Shown: positions 22,131 through 33,187, numbered from the stretch's first letter. The stretch: 64,000 bases of DNA from Nitrosopumilaceae archaeon (GCA_965208905.1 OZ242365.1:1568001-1632000); one strand, 5' to 3'. Notes: generated from the letters alone by a model not told the origin. Numbers and translations are program-made.

Positions 22131-22192
22131 TATGGGTATGCCGGGTACGCCACATGAAAAGAACTTGACGATGATTGGAAGCCCCATCAGGC
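22131..22192 (-). ncRNA. Candidate pseudoknot small RNA, copy C (degenerate, no own promoter)
   Basis: GCCTGATGGGG-N27-TGTGGCGTA-CCCGGCA-TACCCATA; resembles copies at 23881 and 47320. Confidence 0.35.
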
Positions 22193-22199
22193 TACATGC

Positions 22200-23543
22200 C
22201 TAAAGTAGGTGCTTTTGCATCATGGAACGCAGTTTCTCCCAATCCCACAACAAGACAGGCATCGCAGCCTCTTTGGATATCTGTATTGCCTGTGATGTGA
22301 AGCCGCCGGTGCATATCATCAGTACGGCGTTTCCGCCCTGTGTGGATGCGGCCCCTATTGTCTTGTTGACATCCGGCCCACCGCACTGATTCTGCCAGAG
22401 CTTGCACTGCACTATTAGCCGTTCCTCTCCCTTTACGGCGAGTACATCAACGCCCATGTCTGCCTTGGTTGCCCCAAGCATCTTGCCCGACCGTACATCA
22501 TATCCCTTCTGTATCGTGTAGCCGATGGCGGCCAGTGTGTTTGCGCATACAGCCTCGAATGCATACCCGTCAAACCTCCCAAGTCTCGTATCCAGATCAT
22601 TTTGCGTTATGCACAAGTCAACACCCTCGTATACGCCCCCGTTGTATGAGAATTTCTTTTTGGGCTTTGGTATGTTTTTGGGTTTTGGCAGCATCTGCGC
22701 CAGCCTCTCATACTTTAGCTTGTTGTTGCAGTGTACCGGTATGCTTATTCTTCCTATGTCTTTTTGTTCCCATGATATTGTGGCGCCGCGTTTGAGGAAT
22801 TTTATGTCGGCGTATGCATTTGGCATGGGTAGGACAACAACTCCGGTATTGTCCACCAGGTACGGCTTGTCGGCAATCACGAGTTTGCGTTCGTCATTCA
22901 GCACCAACTCATCCCCCTGCGGCCTCTCGCCGGTTCGTACGGCGGGCTCGCCGCCCGTATATTGTACATTAGGAGAGCATGTCTTGCATTGTATCTTCAT
23001 CTGTACGGGACTGCCTCCGGGTCGGCTGATTGTGATGTCATATGAGCCGGAACGAAAAGCCTCCCATGAGAATGGTGGGTTTATCAAACAGGGTGTCACG
23101 CCTAATGGATAATCACCATACAATACCGCGCAGTCCTCGTCCCCGTGAAGATACCATGTAGGCGTATTCTGCCTGTATTGTATGGCCCGTCTCCACGCCT
23201 TTACATCAGGGCCCTTCAGTCGCGTCTTGGTCCCGCCGTGCTTGATACACAGCGCCCCGAAGAGATCAACACTGCACTCGGCCGAGTCGAATGGTATGTC
23301 GAATATCATATGGCCTTCAAGATCCATTATACGTATCGAACGCGAAATGTCCAGTCTGGTATCACCCAGCGTGCCGGACTGCTGATCATCTGTGACTGTG
23401 TTGGTGGCCGGTGTTTCTGTTCTAGGCGTAACATCATTTTCCGGCCTAACCTCCGCATACATGCCGTTGCCGGCAGTCCAACCGCACAACATGCAGGTAT
23501 CACCGGTCAACTCCTCGCCGCATTCACCGCAGGTTATTGGCAT
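22200..23543 (-). CDS. Mrr-like restriction endonuclease with N-terminal Zn ribbon
   Basis: FEAVCA..L...GY...ADMGVDVLA...IVQCK (PD-QxK)...CTGGFT; N-terminal CGEC..CMLC. Confidence 0.85.
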   Translation of the reverse strand: MPITCGECGEELTGDTCMLCGWTAGNGMYAEVRPENDVTPRTETPATNTVTDDQQSGTLGDTRLDISRSIRIMDLEGHMIFDIPFDSAECSVDLFGALCIKHGGTKTRLKGPDVKAWRRAIQYRQNTPTWYLHGDEDCAVLYGDYPLGVTPCLINPPFSWEAFRSGSYDITISRPGGSPVQMKIQCKTCSPNVQYTGGEPAVRTGERPQGDELVLNDERKLVIADKPYLVDNTGVVVLPMPNAYADIKFLKRGATISWEQKDIGRISIPVHCNNKLKYERLAQMLPKPKNIPKPKKKFSYNGGVYEGVDLCITQNDLDTRLGRFDGYAFEAVCANTLAAIGYTIQKGYDVRSGKMLGATKADMGVDVLAVKGEERLIVQCKLWQNQCGGPDVNKTIGAASTQGGNAVLMICTGGFTSQAIQISKEAAMPVLLWDWEKLRSMMQKHLL

Positions 23544-23791
23544 TTTTGTTTCATCTCCGATATGTTATGGACGTGAAATGCGGGAGTATCAGTATCAGGC
23601 CACTCATCCGTTCCATCACCGTATAGTATAGAGTCATGTTTGGGTACGGGTTTCACATCGGGGCCGAATCCCCTGTTCCACGGCATGCTGTATCTTATAT
23701 CGCAGCCGTTGGGACATCGCATATTCTCCGAGCGGTGGTGCCATGTACGCGCGTTGTGGCATTGGAGGCATATCAGAAAGAATGGTTCCAT
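23534..23791 (-). CDS. Small Zn-finger protein
   Basis: CLQC...CPNGC; TTAAA at -28; overlaps the mrr start. Confidence 0.65.
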   Translation of the reverse strand: MEPFFLICLQCHNARTWHHRSENMRCPNGCDIRYSMPWNRGFGPDVKPVPKHDSILYGDGTDEWPDTDTPAFHVHNISEMKQKCQ

Positions 23792-23880
23792 GATTGTGTA
23801 TTGTGTTGGCGATATTTAAGGGGGGTAACATGTGAACAACCCATATTGTACCTTAAATGCAATCATGCGGTGATATACAA

Positions 23881-23949
23881 GCCGGGCGGGGTTTTTGCAT
23901 TTCCTCGTAAAGTTCATCCGTGGCGGTGTAGCCCGGCATGCCCGCCACC
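23881..23949 (+). ncRNA. Candidate pseudoknot small RNA, copy A
   Basis: Begins exactly 28 nt after CCATATTGTACC-TTAAA; 5' GCCGGGC complements the loop GCCCGGC of hairpin GTGGCGG/CCGCCAC. Confidence 0.6.
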
Positions 23950-23980
23950 TGCTTAAACGTAATGGAACCGTTTTGTTGTA

Positions 23981-24202
23981 ATGCCAAACGTAAACTGCAC
24001 GGATTGTAAGGACTGTGAGGGTTGCACGGACTGCAGGAACTGCCTTGATTGTGGGGGCTGCACGGACTGCAAGGATTGTGAGTACTGCACGGAATGTCAG
24101 GGCTGTGTAGGCTGTATTGGTTGCATCCAATGTGTGGACTGCTCCAACTGTAACGGCCTGGTCGGCAAGACCGGCTGGGTAAACAATCAGCCACCCGAAT
24201 AA
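23981..24202 (+). CDS. (Cxx)n Cys-repeat micro-protein, copy b
   Basis: Cxx repeats; ends [14 protein letters not shown]; TTAAA at -28. Confidence 0.8.
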   Translation: MPNVNCTDCKDCEGCTDCRNCLDCGGCTDCKDCEYCTECQGCVGCIGCIQCVDCSNCNGLVGKTGWVNNQPPE

Positions 24203-24243
24203 TTTTTTTCAGTGTGATTAACGGTATATGTCGTTAATCTTGT

Positions 24244-24257
24244 GTAATCTATAAACG
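24244..24257 (+). promoter_or_regulatory. Class II promoter motif
   Basis: GTAATC-TATAAA-CG, with CG at -24/-23 of ATG 24280. Confidence 0.55.
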
Positions 24258-24279
24258 TGGTCATAAACACAACATACCA

Positions 24280-24906
24280 ATGAGAAAAATAATATCCGGA
24301 GTCCTGCTTACCGCGCTAGCACTAGTACTGGTGGCAGAACTTGACCAGGCCCATGCCGAGCTGGCCATCTGGCAGGTTGAGAACAACCCACCCGGTATTG
24401 ACCGCGGCAATGAGTGGCTGACTTTGATAAATCTGGGTGAGTCAGACACCTTTAACGGATATGGCATACAGACGACGCATGGACGTATCGCGAGTCATAT
24501 GGTTCCAACAATCACTCTGGACACATGTGAGTATCACAAGATGATCTTCCCAAGGCAGACCATAGACAACGAGGATGACACAGTAATACTGCACAAGAAT
24601 GAGACAACCATCTACGAGACACCCATCATCAAGGACACCAAAAACAATGACCGTTTCTGGACAAACCCAAATGTGGCGGCGATATGTGATGAACCATCAA
24701 AACCTGCAGAAACCACACATGAACCAGATTCCAGCACATCAGAGACGACATTGGAGCAGCGAGTGCAGGCATTGGAGGAACGTGCAGACAGGACAGATGT
24801 CACAGTTAATGCACTGACGGATAGCATCACACTACTGTGGACGGAGATTGAAAATATAACTGATGTCATAATGACTATTCTTGAATCGCTTGATATCGCG
24901 AGATAA
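24280..24906 (+). CDS. Secreted lamin-tail-domain-like protein with C-terminal coiled coil
   Basis: Signal peptide; IWQVENNPPGIDRGNEWLTLIN resembles the LTD INEV..NP...D...EWVEL.N motif. Confidence 0.7.
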   Translation: MRKIISGVLLTALALVLVAELDQAHAELAIWQVENNPPGIDRGNEWLTLINLGESDTFNGYGIQTTHGRIASHMVPTITLDTCEYHKMIFPRQTIDNEDDTVILHKNETTIYETPIIKDTKNNDRFWTNPNVAAICDEPSKPAETTHEPDSSTSETTLEQRVQALEERADRTDVTVNALTDSITLLWTEIENITDVIMTILESLDIAR

Positions 24907-25382
24907 TCATTTTTTGTTTTTTGAGGGGGTATTGGTTGGTCTTGAAGTCTACGCGCATCTCCTACTTCAACACACGTGGTACGCCGTCTATCTCATCCTG
25001 AGTTTTTCCATTTTTTGGCTAGTATACATTTACGATACATTAATTCGTGCTTGCCCTTGAGCGGAATTGAATATGTACATTTCCAGACAGCCTCAGCTTG
25101 TATTGTATGTTTAATTGACGGTCCCTGAGACTCGTGGTCTCGTAGTCTGCAACGGCAGACAGGATCCGGTTTTAAAGACTGGGCCTTTGAGGAGTATTGC
25201 CAGAACGTTCTATGTAGGTTTGGGTTTGACACCAAACCTTGTGACAACCTGTACCGGCCATCACGTCTCTAACATCTGGAAAGTGTACAGATGCCAAGAT
25301 GAATTTCTCCTCTCTGTTGCTACTTCAGCCTAATGTATAGTGTAGACATTGACTATTTAAGTTCTCTATGAATGGGTAACTC

Positions 25383-28223
25383 CTAGCGCAGCGTTACAGT
25401 CATAGTCCTGACATGCATTACGGCATTCTCCTTGGACTCTGTAATATCACAGGCTTGGCCGGGCGGTGATGTGAGATACACTGTATTGTGTACTGCCTCC
25501 GGCTCGTTCACCACCACCTCAAAGCCCAGGGTTATCGTATCACCGGGCTTGACCTGTACGTGTGGTATGTCCCGCACAATTATGCCTCCCGTGTCCAATG
25601 AAATTGTAGACAATCCGGAACACTTGCCGTTAGGCAGTCCGTACATCCCGACACCAAAGGCCGTTCCAGGCGGCACTGTACCGGGCGCAGTAACATATGG
25701 CTGGCCATGCTCGGGCGCCGGCCCATGAACATATCTGCCGGCTTCAGAGGATGTGGCGTTTAGTGTAATTGGCGCAGAACAATACACGCCAGTAGAACCA
25801 CAGTTGCCGGTTGCCCCATTGACGCGGGCAGTCGCGGTAAGATTCACCTGCAGTGGTGGTACGACCCATGTGAGGTTCGCCGTGCCCGCATTGCGTACCA
25901 TGCCATATGCCTCCGACTGCCAGATTGCATCAAGATCAGTTATCACATCCACATGTACTGCACCCAAACTACGACTTGTCAGGTCGCCGGCCAGTATTGT
26001 TCCATTGTACAGCGGTATTGTACGCGCTCCCGCCGAGACGCTCGACAGCGGTGAGGGCAGTGTTGACACATCATACCAGTGGCATACATTATTTCCTATG
26101 AATGCCACATATCGTACTTCGGGTAAGATTGGTATGTGTATTGCATCACCCGCCGTTATACTCATGCTGTTTGCATAGTTTGTATACGAGGAAGTCTGCC
26201 TACCCAAATGACACGGCAGGCCCAATACCATGTTTGGGTCCTCGGTTATCGATGGATTCTGTAAAGATGCATCAAAGCTATCACCATACAGCCGTACATG
26301 AATTATGCCGGTATCGACAGCAAACGGTATGGTGATGTATAATGATGAGGTTGTTACGCGCTCCGCATTTACGGGATGCCATCTATCATTCAGGTGGTCG
26401 TATACGGCGCCGCTGACATATGGCGTACCGGGCAGGTTGTATTCCGGCGGAGAGCTAATCTCTCTTAGTTTGGGTTTACCACCGTCTATGCCGGCCTGAC
26501 CCATAAAGCAGTCACCATGGCAGAGGCGCCTGTCCATACCGGCAGGTCCGGACCCGCTGGTGGTCAGTCCGTCGCCGTATCCATCCATCACTACCTGTGG
26601 CGTGTATCCCATATCTGCCAAGTCTGCGGTATTATACGTGATGGCATCTACCCAGCCATAATGTGTATGAGGATCATACAGCACACCACTTTTGTACGGT
26701 CGCAAATGAAAGTCGAACGGTCCGGTTGCATTGAATGCATTGCCGCCAAATACCTGTATTCTTTCGGTACCGCTCCCACTACCCTTTGTCGTATCGTCTA
26801 GTATGACGAAAAGGTGGTTTCCAGACGGTATTGAAGCAGGGCGGTATACATTCAGGCCGGGAGTAATAGTCATGGCGCCCGACAAATCAAGGTGTGGTGT
26901 GTTTGTGGATAAATCACATGACGCTGATACGCTGGCAGTTGTTCGTATACTATTGAGAGACCAACTTCCCGTTCCAGTTTGAACACATCTAATGTTGTTG
27001 CCACCGTTATAATATGAGCAACTGGTAGAGCCTGGTACATTGGATGGTGTAGATGGGGTTGAACCGCCCCAGCATGAGGCAGACACCCTATACCCGTTTG
27101 TTGTTGAGGGTACAGTTGGTGTGCCACACCCCCCACTTGTAGTCCTTGTGGTTGACCCGCAGGATGTTGTGCCTGTGCTACTTGAAATTAATTGGGGGGG
27201 ACTGACGGTGTTGTCATATATTTCCGTGAGTCTCGATGCTGAACATGAATATGAGAATCTGGTACTGGATGAAGTAGTTGTACCAGTTACACACATGTCA
27301 TGCTTGCGGTTATCATCGTTGTTTTCAGAATGCAGAACATAGGAGCAGCTGCTGTGTGAGTTTGGCAGTATGGACAAGTCATCATATCTGTTTTGTATTG
27401 TGTGGTCTCCTGCCCTGCTGTGCAGGGGTGAGGGTATTGTGTACGTATCTTGTACAGTACGGCTGCCCGTTCCAGACCATGAGTTGGTCTCACTGATACC
27501 ACAACTACCTGTTGACAGCCAGCCGCGGTAGTGGTCCACCTTAGTTAGATCGTTAGGCAGTGATGAGGTGTCGCTACTTGGGTCGCCAAACCCTATTACC
27601 ACATCCGACTGGCATGTAGTACATCCACGATATATGTAGTATATGGGATCACTCACTACACCAAAGTCCAACCCAACACGGTCACGCGCACTCATACTGA
27701 TGGTATACTCACCATGCGTACCTGATGACAGGCCGATGCTGTTAGTTGAACCAGTCCCCAGCCCGAATCGGGAGTCATCTACGGTTGCAAGTTGTGTGTA
27801 ATTAGCACCAAACCCACTATATGTCGGCATTGCGCCATGTTGTCGCATGACTGTTGAGCCGCCAGATGTGGAAAGCGTGCCAAATGGCTGGTCCCTGAAC
27901 GTATAATCCACGCTATTGTCCCACTGCGCATCGGTTATGACGCGTACCTTGCCTCCGCTAAAACCGGACGTCTCAATGCCCGTCTGCATTGGTGTTATAT
28001 GGTGCGTTGTTCCGTTGACCGCCGTCAGTATAAACATGCCGGCCGGTGGATTCTTTACGGCAAGATGCGCCGTCTCGCCTATTATATTGGCCGGCCTTGG
28101 CCTGTCGGGGGGCAGTATGGGGAACGTGTTACCGTTGTCCGTCAGTATGTGGAACTGCACATCACTTGCATACGATATGGGTATTACACAGAATGCAATC
28201 AAACAGAACAGTATAAGCCTCAA
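25383..28223 (-). CDS. Large secreted protein, paralog family X (Ser/Thr/Gly/Cys-rich insert)
   Basis: Signal peptide; FHILTDNGNTFPI and IHIPILP motifs shared with the 28220 and 56662 ORFs. Confidence 0.8.
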   Translation of the reverse strand: MRLILFCLIAFCVIPISYASDVQFHILTDNGNTFPILPPDRPRPANIIGETAHLAVKNPPAGMFILTAVNGTTHHITPMQTGIETSGFSGGKVRVITDAQWDNSVDYTFRDQPFGTLSTSGGSTVMRQHGAMPTYSGFGANYTQLATVDDSRFGLGTGSTNSIGLSSGTHGEYTISMSARDRVGLDFGVVSDPIYYIYRGCTTCQSDVVIGFGDPSSDTSSLPNDLTKVDHYRGWLSTGSCGISETNSWSGTGSRTVQDTYTIPSPLHSRAGDHTIQNRYDDLSILPNSHSSCSYVLHSENNDDNRKHDMCVTGTTTSSSTRFSYSCSASRLTEIYDNTVSPPQLISSSTGTTSCGSTTRTTSGGCGTPTVPSTTNGYRVSASCWGGSTPSTPSNVPGSTSCSYYNGGNNIRCVQTGTGSWSLNSIRTTASVSASCDLSTNTPHLDLSGAMTITPGLNVYRPASIPSGNHLFVILDDTTKGSGSGTERIQVFGGNAFNATGPFDFHLRPYKSGVLYDPHTHYGWVDAITYNTADLADMGYTPQVVMDGYGDGLTTSGSGPAGMDRRLCHGDCFMGQAGIDGGKPKLREISSPPEYNLPGTPYVSGAVYDHLNDRWHPVNAERVTTSSLYITIPFAVDTGIIHVRLYGDSFDASLQNPSITEDPNMVLGLPCHLGRQTSSYTNYANSMSITAGDAIHIPILPEVRYVAFIGNNVCHWYDVSTLPSPLSSVSAGARTIPLYNGTILAGDLTSRSLGAVHVDVITDLDAIWQSEAYGMVRNAGTANLTWVVPPLQVNLTATARVNGATGNCGSTGVYCSAPITLNATSSEAGRYVHGPAPEHGQPYVTAPGTVPPGTAFGVGMYGLPNGKCSGLSTISLDTGGIIVRDIPHVQVKPGDTITLGFEVVVNEPEAVHNTVYLTSPPGQACDITESKENAVMHVRTMTVTLR

Positions 28224-30670
28224 TTTACCCTCACCGACAACCGCTCTATCATTGTCTCTGCATGCATGGTCTCGTCAGGTCTGCTGTTTGCATATTCTGC
28301 ATGCACGCCGCCGTAGAATGTGATTGTGGACTGCACCTTTATGAGTATGGGGGTACTGCTTGTATGCTGTATGGGGATTGTGCGATATTCCGGCGCAAAG
28401 TCCCACTCTGCATATGATACGTGCCGGCAGTCCTCGCCTACCGTTATGGGGGTCTGGGCCGCCACCAATGGCGTTAAATCACTGACCGACAGCCCGCCTA
28501 TCCTCTGGTATCCGCCGGCCACGGGCACCTCTATGTCTACAAGTACGGCATATCGTATGTCCTGCGCTGTATTGTGACGCGGCGGTGTTGTTACGGGCAT
28601 CCTGTGCCAGTCGCACGAAGTTCTCTTGGCCCCGGTATATCTGTCACCCCCTCCCGGTACCACACCATCGATTATGAGACTGCCTGAGAGCTTTAAATCA
28701 AAGTCCATCACGTGCGTGCCGCTGCCCGGCAGAACAACTTCGGTGTCCAATATGTCCATGATTAGGATATTTGATGTTGTGTATGGTCTTGCCTGTCCGT
28801 GCAGGCCGCTATCGATGGTGGTTACGTGCCGAACGCCGCCAAAACTTGCATGCGCGCCCTGCACAAAGAAGTTGTCCATGTTGTACTGTCGGAACTCATC
28901 CACGCCATGCGTCCTCATACACACCTTGCCGTACCAGGGCAGTATCGGTATGTTTATGAGCGTCCTGTCCACGCCATACTCCCCTATCAGATAATCCATC
29001 CCCAGCCACCCTGAACCGGGTGGTGGGTTCCAGCTGTGCGGTTGTGTGGTATCATCGATGAACCGTGCGCAGTCGTGTATGCTGGCTATCAGATACATCT
29101 CCTGGACGTTTATCGAGCCGGTTACGGGTATTACCCCGTATGCCTGTATTAGGTTTAGTTTGCCCGAGTCGTAGTATACCTCGTCCGTACTTGTAGGCCT
29201 TGAGGTGACAAACACATTTCCATGATTCCGGACATCCGGACCATTCAGCACCTCGCTGTTGCGGGGATCATACACTATACCAGTGGCCGGGTTCAGTGAT
29301 GGCAGGCTGCGGCCATCAAATACCGTTATGCAGTACTTGTAATCCGCCTCTCCATGCGCATCCAAGCAGTCGGCCCCCAACAGTCCGCCCGCGCCCGAAG
29401 CCCCCGACTGTCTGACGTGGGAGATTGTGGTGGTAGTGGTGTTCGGTGTGAGTTGCGGGTATGTTTGTATGTGATTCGCAATATCGTGCAGATCGGTCTC
29501 CGTATAATACCCCAGATGCGTGAACGCGTCGTGTAATACGACTACGGAGTTGCTGTCTACTACAGTACTGGCATCAACACTAAATGTGTGATCAAAGGCG
29601 GCATTTACCTGATGCGCGGTCTGCGCCATGAGTATCTGCATCTTTATGGACCCGCCCACCAGGTCTACCACTATTATGGCCTGGCGTGGGGTCTGCGCGT
29701 TCTCGTATATTGTCAGTCCGGGACGCAGTGGTAGGGAGTCGAATAGTTGCATATTTCCATCATACCACCGATATGAGTAGTTCTCCATCAGACAGCCATG
29801 GGACTGCAGACGAAAGTATGCATCATCCAATTGTATTATCTCCGTGTTGTTGTGCGCGGCGCCAGGACATGTGGTAGTATCATATGTGGTTACATCCAGG
29901 ATTGCGTTGTTGTGGCCCGGGTATGGTGTATGGGATATGGTCGGAACTGTTGTTGGCCAGTAGCGACTGGTTGTAACACCATACAACTCGCCGCAACCCG
30001 TGTAGTTTATCGAGTCTACGGTGCAGTTCCCGGAGGGCCGTGGAACGGTGGACAGTCCCAATATGTTACCCCAGTAGGGCATGACACCGATGGTGGCGCG
30101 CCCCCTATCCGTACAGTCCAGACAGATTGTGTTTATCGCATAGTGGTCATACAGGCCGTCCAAAAATATTACTGCGCGCCCACTATTTTTGAACTCGACA
30201 TATTCTTCCGTAGTACCGTTGTTGTAAAATTCATACCCTATGCTACCTGACTGTATTGTGATGTTTTCGATGCCGCTTGGCCAGTGTGGTGGCGCAGACT
30301 CCCGCAGATATAGGTGTGGTTTTGGGTATAGGCGCATCTCGCCACCCAGGGGTGCCCAGTTCGGTATGCCGTATGTCTCCCCCTCACCCCAATTGTTTAT
30401 GATGTATGTCACACCTGAACTAACTGTGTTGTATTGCGCCGCCTCGGATATCTTGTTGCCACTTGCTATGAGTCCGCCTACGCGCTGAAATTCGACGTAT
30501 GGTGAGGATACTATATCCGTGGTGGGTGTGTCATCTGCAGGTTTTATCTCAATTAGGTTGCCCCTGTCTGTCAGGGCCAAAAATTCGGGGATAGTCGGTG
30601 TCTGCGCCAGCGCGCCCGGTATCATGCATACGGCAAATACTACCAAACATGCTGCTGCAACACATCTCAT
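28220..30670 (-). CDS. Large secreted protein, paralog family X
   Basis: Start moved to ATG 30670 (signal peptide, class II motif); FLALTDRGN, DYLIGEY, INIPILP. Confidence 0.8.
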   Translation of the reverse strand: MRCVAAACLVVFAVCMIPGALAQTPTIPEFLALTDRGNLIEIKPADDTPTTDIVSSPYVEFQRVGGLIASGNKISEAAQYNTVSSGVTYIINNWGEGETYGIPNWAPLGGEMRLYPKPHLYLRESAPPHWPSGIENITIQSGSIGYEFYNNGTTEEYVEFKNSGRAVIFLDGLYDHYAINTICLDCTDRGRATIGVMPYWGNILGLSTVPRPSGNCTVDSINYTGCGELYGVTTSRYWPTTVPTISHTPYPGHNNAILDVTTYDTTTCPGAAHNNTEIIQLDDAYFRLQSHGCLMENYSYRWYDGNMQLFDSLPLRPGLTIYENAQTPRQAIIVVDLVGGSIKMQILMAQTAHQVNAAFDHTFSVDASTVVDSNSVVVLHDAFTHLGYYTETDLHDIANHIQTYPQLTPNTTTTTISHVRQSGASGAGGLLGADCLDAHGEADYKYCITVFDGRSLPSLNPATGIVYDPRNSEVLNGPDVRNHGNVFVTSRPTSTDEVYYDSGKLNLIQAYGVIPVTGSINVQEMYLIASIHDCARFIDDTTQPHSWNPPPGSGWLGMDYLIGEYGVDRTLINIPILPWYGKVCMRTHGVDEFRQYNMDNFFVQGAHASFGGVRHVTTIDSGLHGQARPYTTSNILIMDILDTEVVLPGSGTHVMDFDLKLSGSLIIDGVVPGGGDRYTGAKRTSCDWHRMPVTTPPRHNTAQDIRYAVLVDIEVPVAGGYQRIGGLSVSDLTPLVAAQTPITVGEDCRHVSYAEWDFAPEYRTIPIQHTSSTPILIKVQSTITFYGGVHAEYANSRPDETMHAETMIERLSVRVN

Positions 30671-30691
30671 AATACACAATGCTGCCGGATA

Positions 30692-30705
30692 CGTTTTTGG
30701 ATTAC
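30692..30705 (-). promoter_or_regulatory. Class II promoter motif
   Basis: GTAATC-CAAAAA-CG, with CG at -23/-22 of ATG 30670. Confidence 0.65.
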
Positions 30706-30829
30706 ACATTTTGATGTGGCTGGGCGGGGTGTTCTGTACAACGGGGTTCACCACCTGAACTGCCTATTGTGGCGCGTGCACAAACATGTGTGGTAAGTGG
30801 AATAGGGTGATTACTGTGGTGCGTAGAAA

Positions 30830-31024
30830 CTATTCTCGGGTCGGTTCACGCTGGGCATCACGATCTTCGTACCACAGGTATAATATGCATATGCCGGATA
30901 TGCTGCCCAACAGGCTAAATATAACACCCATCACAACCCAGCCGATATCATACGTTACACCATACACTATGAGTGTAAAAATTGTTGGGACAAGCAGCAT
31001 TGCCACACCGATGCCTCGAATCAA
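30830..31024 (-). CDS. Small two-TM membrane protein
   Basis: Two hydrophobic segments; overlaps the dUTPase stop. Confidence 0.6.
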   Translation of the reverse strand: MIRGIGVAMLLVPTIFTLIVYGVTYDIGWVVMGVIFSLLGSISGICILYLWYEDRDAQREPTRE

Positions 31025-31353
31025 TACCCCTCCTCCTGGCGTTTGTGGTTAATTTTGTTCTTCTTCCTGTATTCGCGTATGATGTCATCCGGTTTCATGC
31101 CGAGCGTAATGGACAGTTGTATCACAAAGTGCCACACGTCTATACATTCCTCACGTGCCAGCTGTACATCCAGTTCAGACGGCTTCTTCCACCACTTCCA
31201 GTTTGTCAGTCGCTGTAGTTCTATCAACTCATGGATTGTGGCAGTACACAGCGCGCTCACCTGGCCAGATGTGTCTTTGGGATATCTTTCCGTTGGCATT
31301 ATTTGCGCCAACTCCTCCTGCATTCGGAATAGTTCTTTGAGACTGTCTTGCAT
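31021..31353 (-). CDS. Dimeric (all-alpha) dUTPase
   Basis: ELIEL...WKWWK...EECIDVWHF. Confidence 0.85.
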   Translation of the reverse strand: MQDSLKELFRMQEELAQIMPTERYPKDTSGQVSALCTATIHELIELQRLTNWKWWKKPSELDVQLAREECIDVWHFVIQLSITLGMKPDDIIREYRKKNKINHKRQEEGY

Positions 31354-31377
31354 GTTGTATTACATACCCATCACGTT

Positions 31378-31475
31378 TAAGCAGTGGGCACGAACCCATG
31401 TGTGGCCGGCGGCTTGTTGTTTACCCAGCCGGTCTTGCCGGACATGCTCTTGAAGCTCTCGCAATCAAATGAGGT
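31378..31475 (-). pseudogene. Remnant of a (Cxx)n micro-protein gene, copy e
   Basis: [29 protein letters not shown]; its stop codon overlaps the dUTPase TATA box. Confidence 0.65.
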
Positions 31476-31535
31476 GTGACGTTATCTGCGCGTTGTAATG
31501 TTATCATACACTGGCAAGCAAACGTTGAGGCATGT

Positions 31536-32735
31536 TTATGCATGGCCCCCTCTCGCATCCAACAAATATCCGCCATACCCACACTCCGGGCAACCACGCC
31601 TCCAATGATCTGAATGAACTTCATCATCATCCAGTGTGGAGAAGTCACACTTCACGCAAAACTCCGCGGCTCCAGTGGGATCATGTAACTCCACATCAAA
31701 ACCAACACCCTCAAACCAGTACGGCCATTTGAGACGTAATGCCTCCAACGTACGTCTCGCACTAATACGCTTTCCACGTTCGACAAATTCCGCTTTATTA
31801 TCGCGTATCTCCCTAGACAACGGCTCTATCCAGCGTTCAAAATCAGCCCGACCACATGATGCCGCGCTCACCCTATCTATCATCTCGCTATAGTCGGATT
31901 CTGGCGCGCTACAGCGCTTCAGTAGTCCATGTTGCTCCAACAATGATGTTATCTTCAAAACAAAACGCGCGTCCCTATCAGGATCATCAGACATCTTATC
32001 TGCCATCGGCCATGGTATCGTCAGTGTGCGTGTGTACTTTCGTATTATGTCAATTACAGCATCAACTTCATGTAACCCGTATTGGACCAACTCCAACGGA
32101 TTACGGCTGACTGATGCGCGGAACATACCATGTTTGGTATGCTGGAATGTTAATACTGTGGCGCAATCTGTGCACAAAAGTAGTATGTGGTCACCCCGCA
32201 CATGACATGCCACATGCTCGTGATTGCAATTTATGGAGTTCCACGTTTTTTCAAAGTCACGTTTGGTCTTGGCTGTCGTGGTGGCCCTGCGCAGGTCGAG
32301 CTCCTCAATCATTATCCCGAGCATTATGTTGTCACGCTTCGGTGATTCACTTTCCGGGTCTGCACCACCTCTAGGCACAACCACAACAATTCCAATATCT
32401 TTAATGAACTCTCTGACATCACTTGCCAGGACGCGCCCGACATACCGCTCAGAGTCCTCCAGAACAGACACATCAAATGTTCTGGGGTGCCCAAACTGTA
32501 TTGAGAATTTTAACATCATACTGCCGTCAGCACGTCTTATCATGAAACATCGGCCATACAACCCACCAACCATGTTTCGGTGGTGTGGGTATTGCATAGC
32601 AGACCAAAGATCCTTCAACACTGAATTATCAATAAAACATTCGGGATTCGTAGAACTATTCGGTGGCGCCCCAACATCTCTTATATCTCCACCATTCTGC
32701 CGTTTTGTATATTGTATCTTTTCCCTACGCCCCAT
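31536..32735 (-). CDS. Hypothetical protein with C-terminal Zn ribbon
   Basis: 399-aa ORF; CVKC...CPEC; TTTAAG at -28. Confidence 0.7.
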   Translation of the reverse strand: MGRREKIQYTKRQNGGDIRDVGAPPNSSTNPECFIDNSVLKDLWSAMQYPHHRNMVGGLYGRCFMIRRADGSMMLKFSIQFGHPRTFDVSVLEDSERYVGRVLASDVREFIKDIGIVVVVPRGGADPESESPKRDNIMLGIMIEELDLRRATTTAKTKRDFEKTWNSINCNHEHVACHVRGDHILLLCTDCATVLTFQHTKHGMFRASVSRNPLELVQYGLHEVDAVIDIIRKYTRTLTIPWPMADKMSDDPDRDARFVLKITSLLEQHGLLKRCSAPESDYSEMIDRVSAASCGRADFERWIEPLSREIRDNKAEFVERGKRISARRTLEALRLKWPYWFEGVGFDVELHDPTGAAEFCVKCDFSTLDDDEVHSDHWRRGCPECGYGGYLLDARGGHA

Positions 32736-32894
32736 GTCATATATTGGAGCTCGGCGCCTTAAAAGGAGGATATTTACGGGGGATTGTCAAAAACTTGTGT
32801 GATGGTATAGACTGTCAAATTTGTGGAGATGGGCGTACCTCATGTAGTGCAGTGAAATACCGGATTGAGAGTGAAATCATAATACCACGTTGAA

Positions 32895-33119
32895 CTATAA
32901 TAACATTATAGTTTCTTTCGGTATCTTCATGATAAGTGGAATTTCTGTGGAATGCTCGGTTTTGGATTTGCTATAAACTGTCCTGATATCGGCCCCAAAT
33001 GCCACAATCATATCACCAATCACAGCAATCCATTTTCCTAAATGCTTGGGCTGTGACGTTATGTGTGGTGCCGTACACGCGTTACACAGCTGCCAATCAA
33101 AGGTCTGCGCAACCCCCAC
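32895..33119 (-). CDS. DUF5678-like small protein (possibly degraded)
   Basis: GKWIAVIGDMIVAFG.D...PLIMKIP. Confidence 0.55.
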   Translation of the reverse strand: MGVAQTFDWQLCNACTAPHITSQPKHLGKWIAVIGDMIVAFGADIRTVYSKSKTEHSTEIPLIMKIPKETIMLL

Positions 33120-33187
33120 AGTCTAGCATCTTTCACAATACGTACAATCCCAGACCACCCCCAACATACAATCACGTCCTTGATCGC

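Noticed and set aside
23881-23949. HDV-like/theta ribozyme or tRNA interpretation of the GCCGGGC units
   Set aside because: P1/P2-like pairings exist but there is no room for P3/L3 or P4/J4-2; no cloverleaf or TTCGA arm
24907-25382. Gene or RNA in this intergenic gap
   Set aside because: Only short ORFs without motifs; the TTAAA at 25360 has no start codon or RNA leader at +28
30719-30730. GCTGGGCGGGGT as another small-RNA copy
   Set aside because: No class I box at -28 and no complementary-loop hairpin downstream
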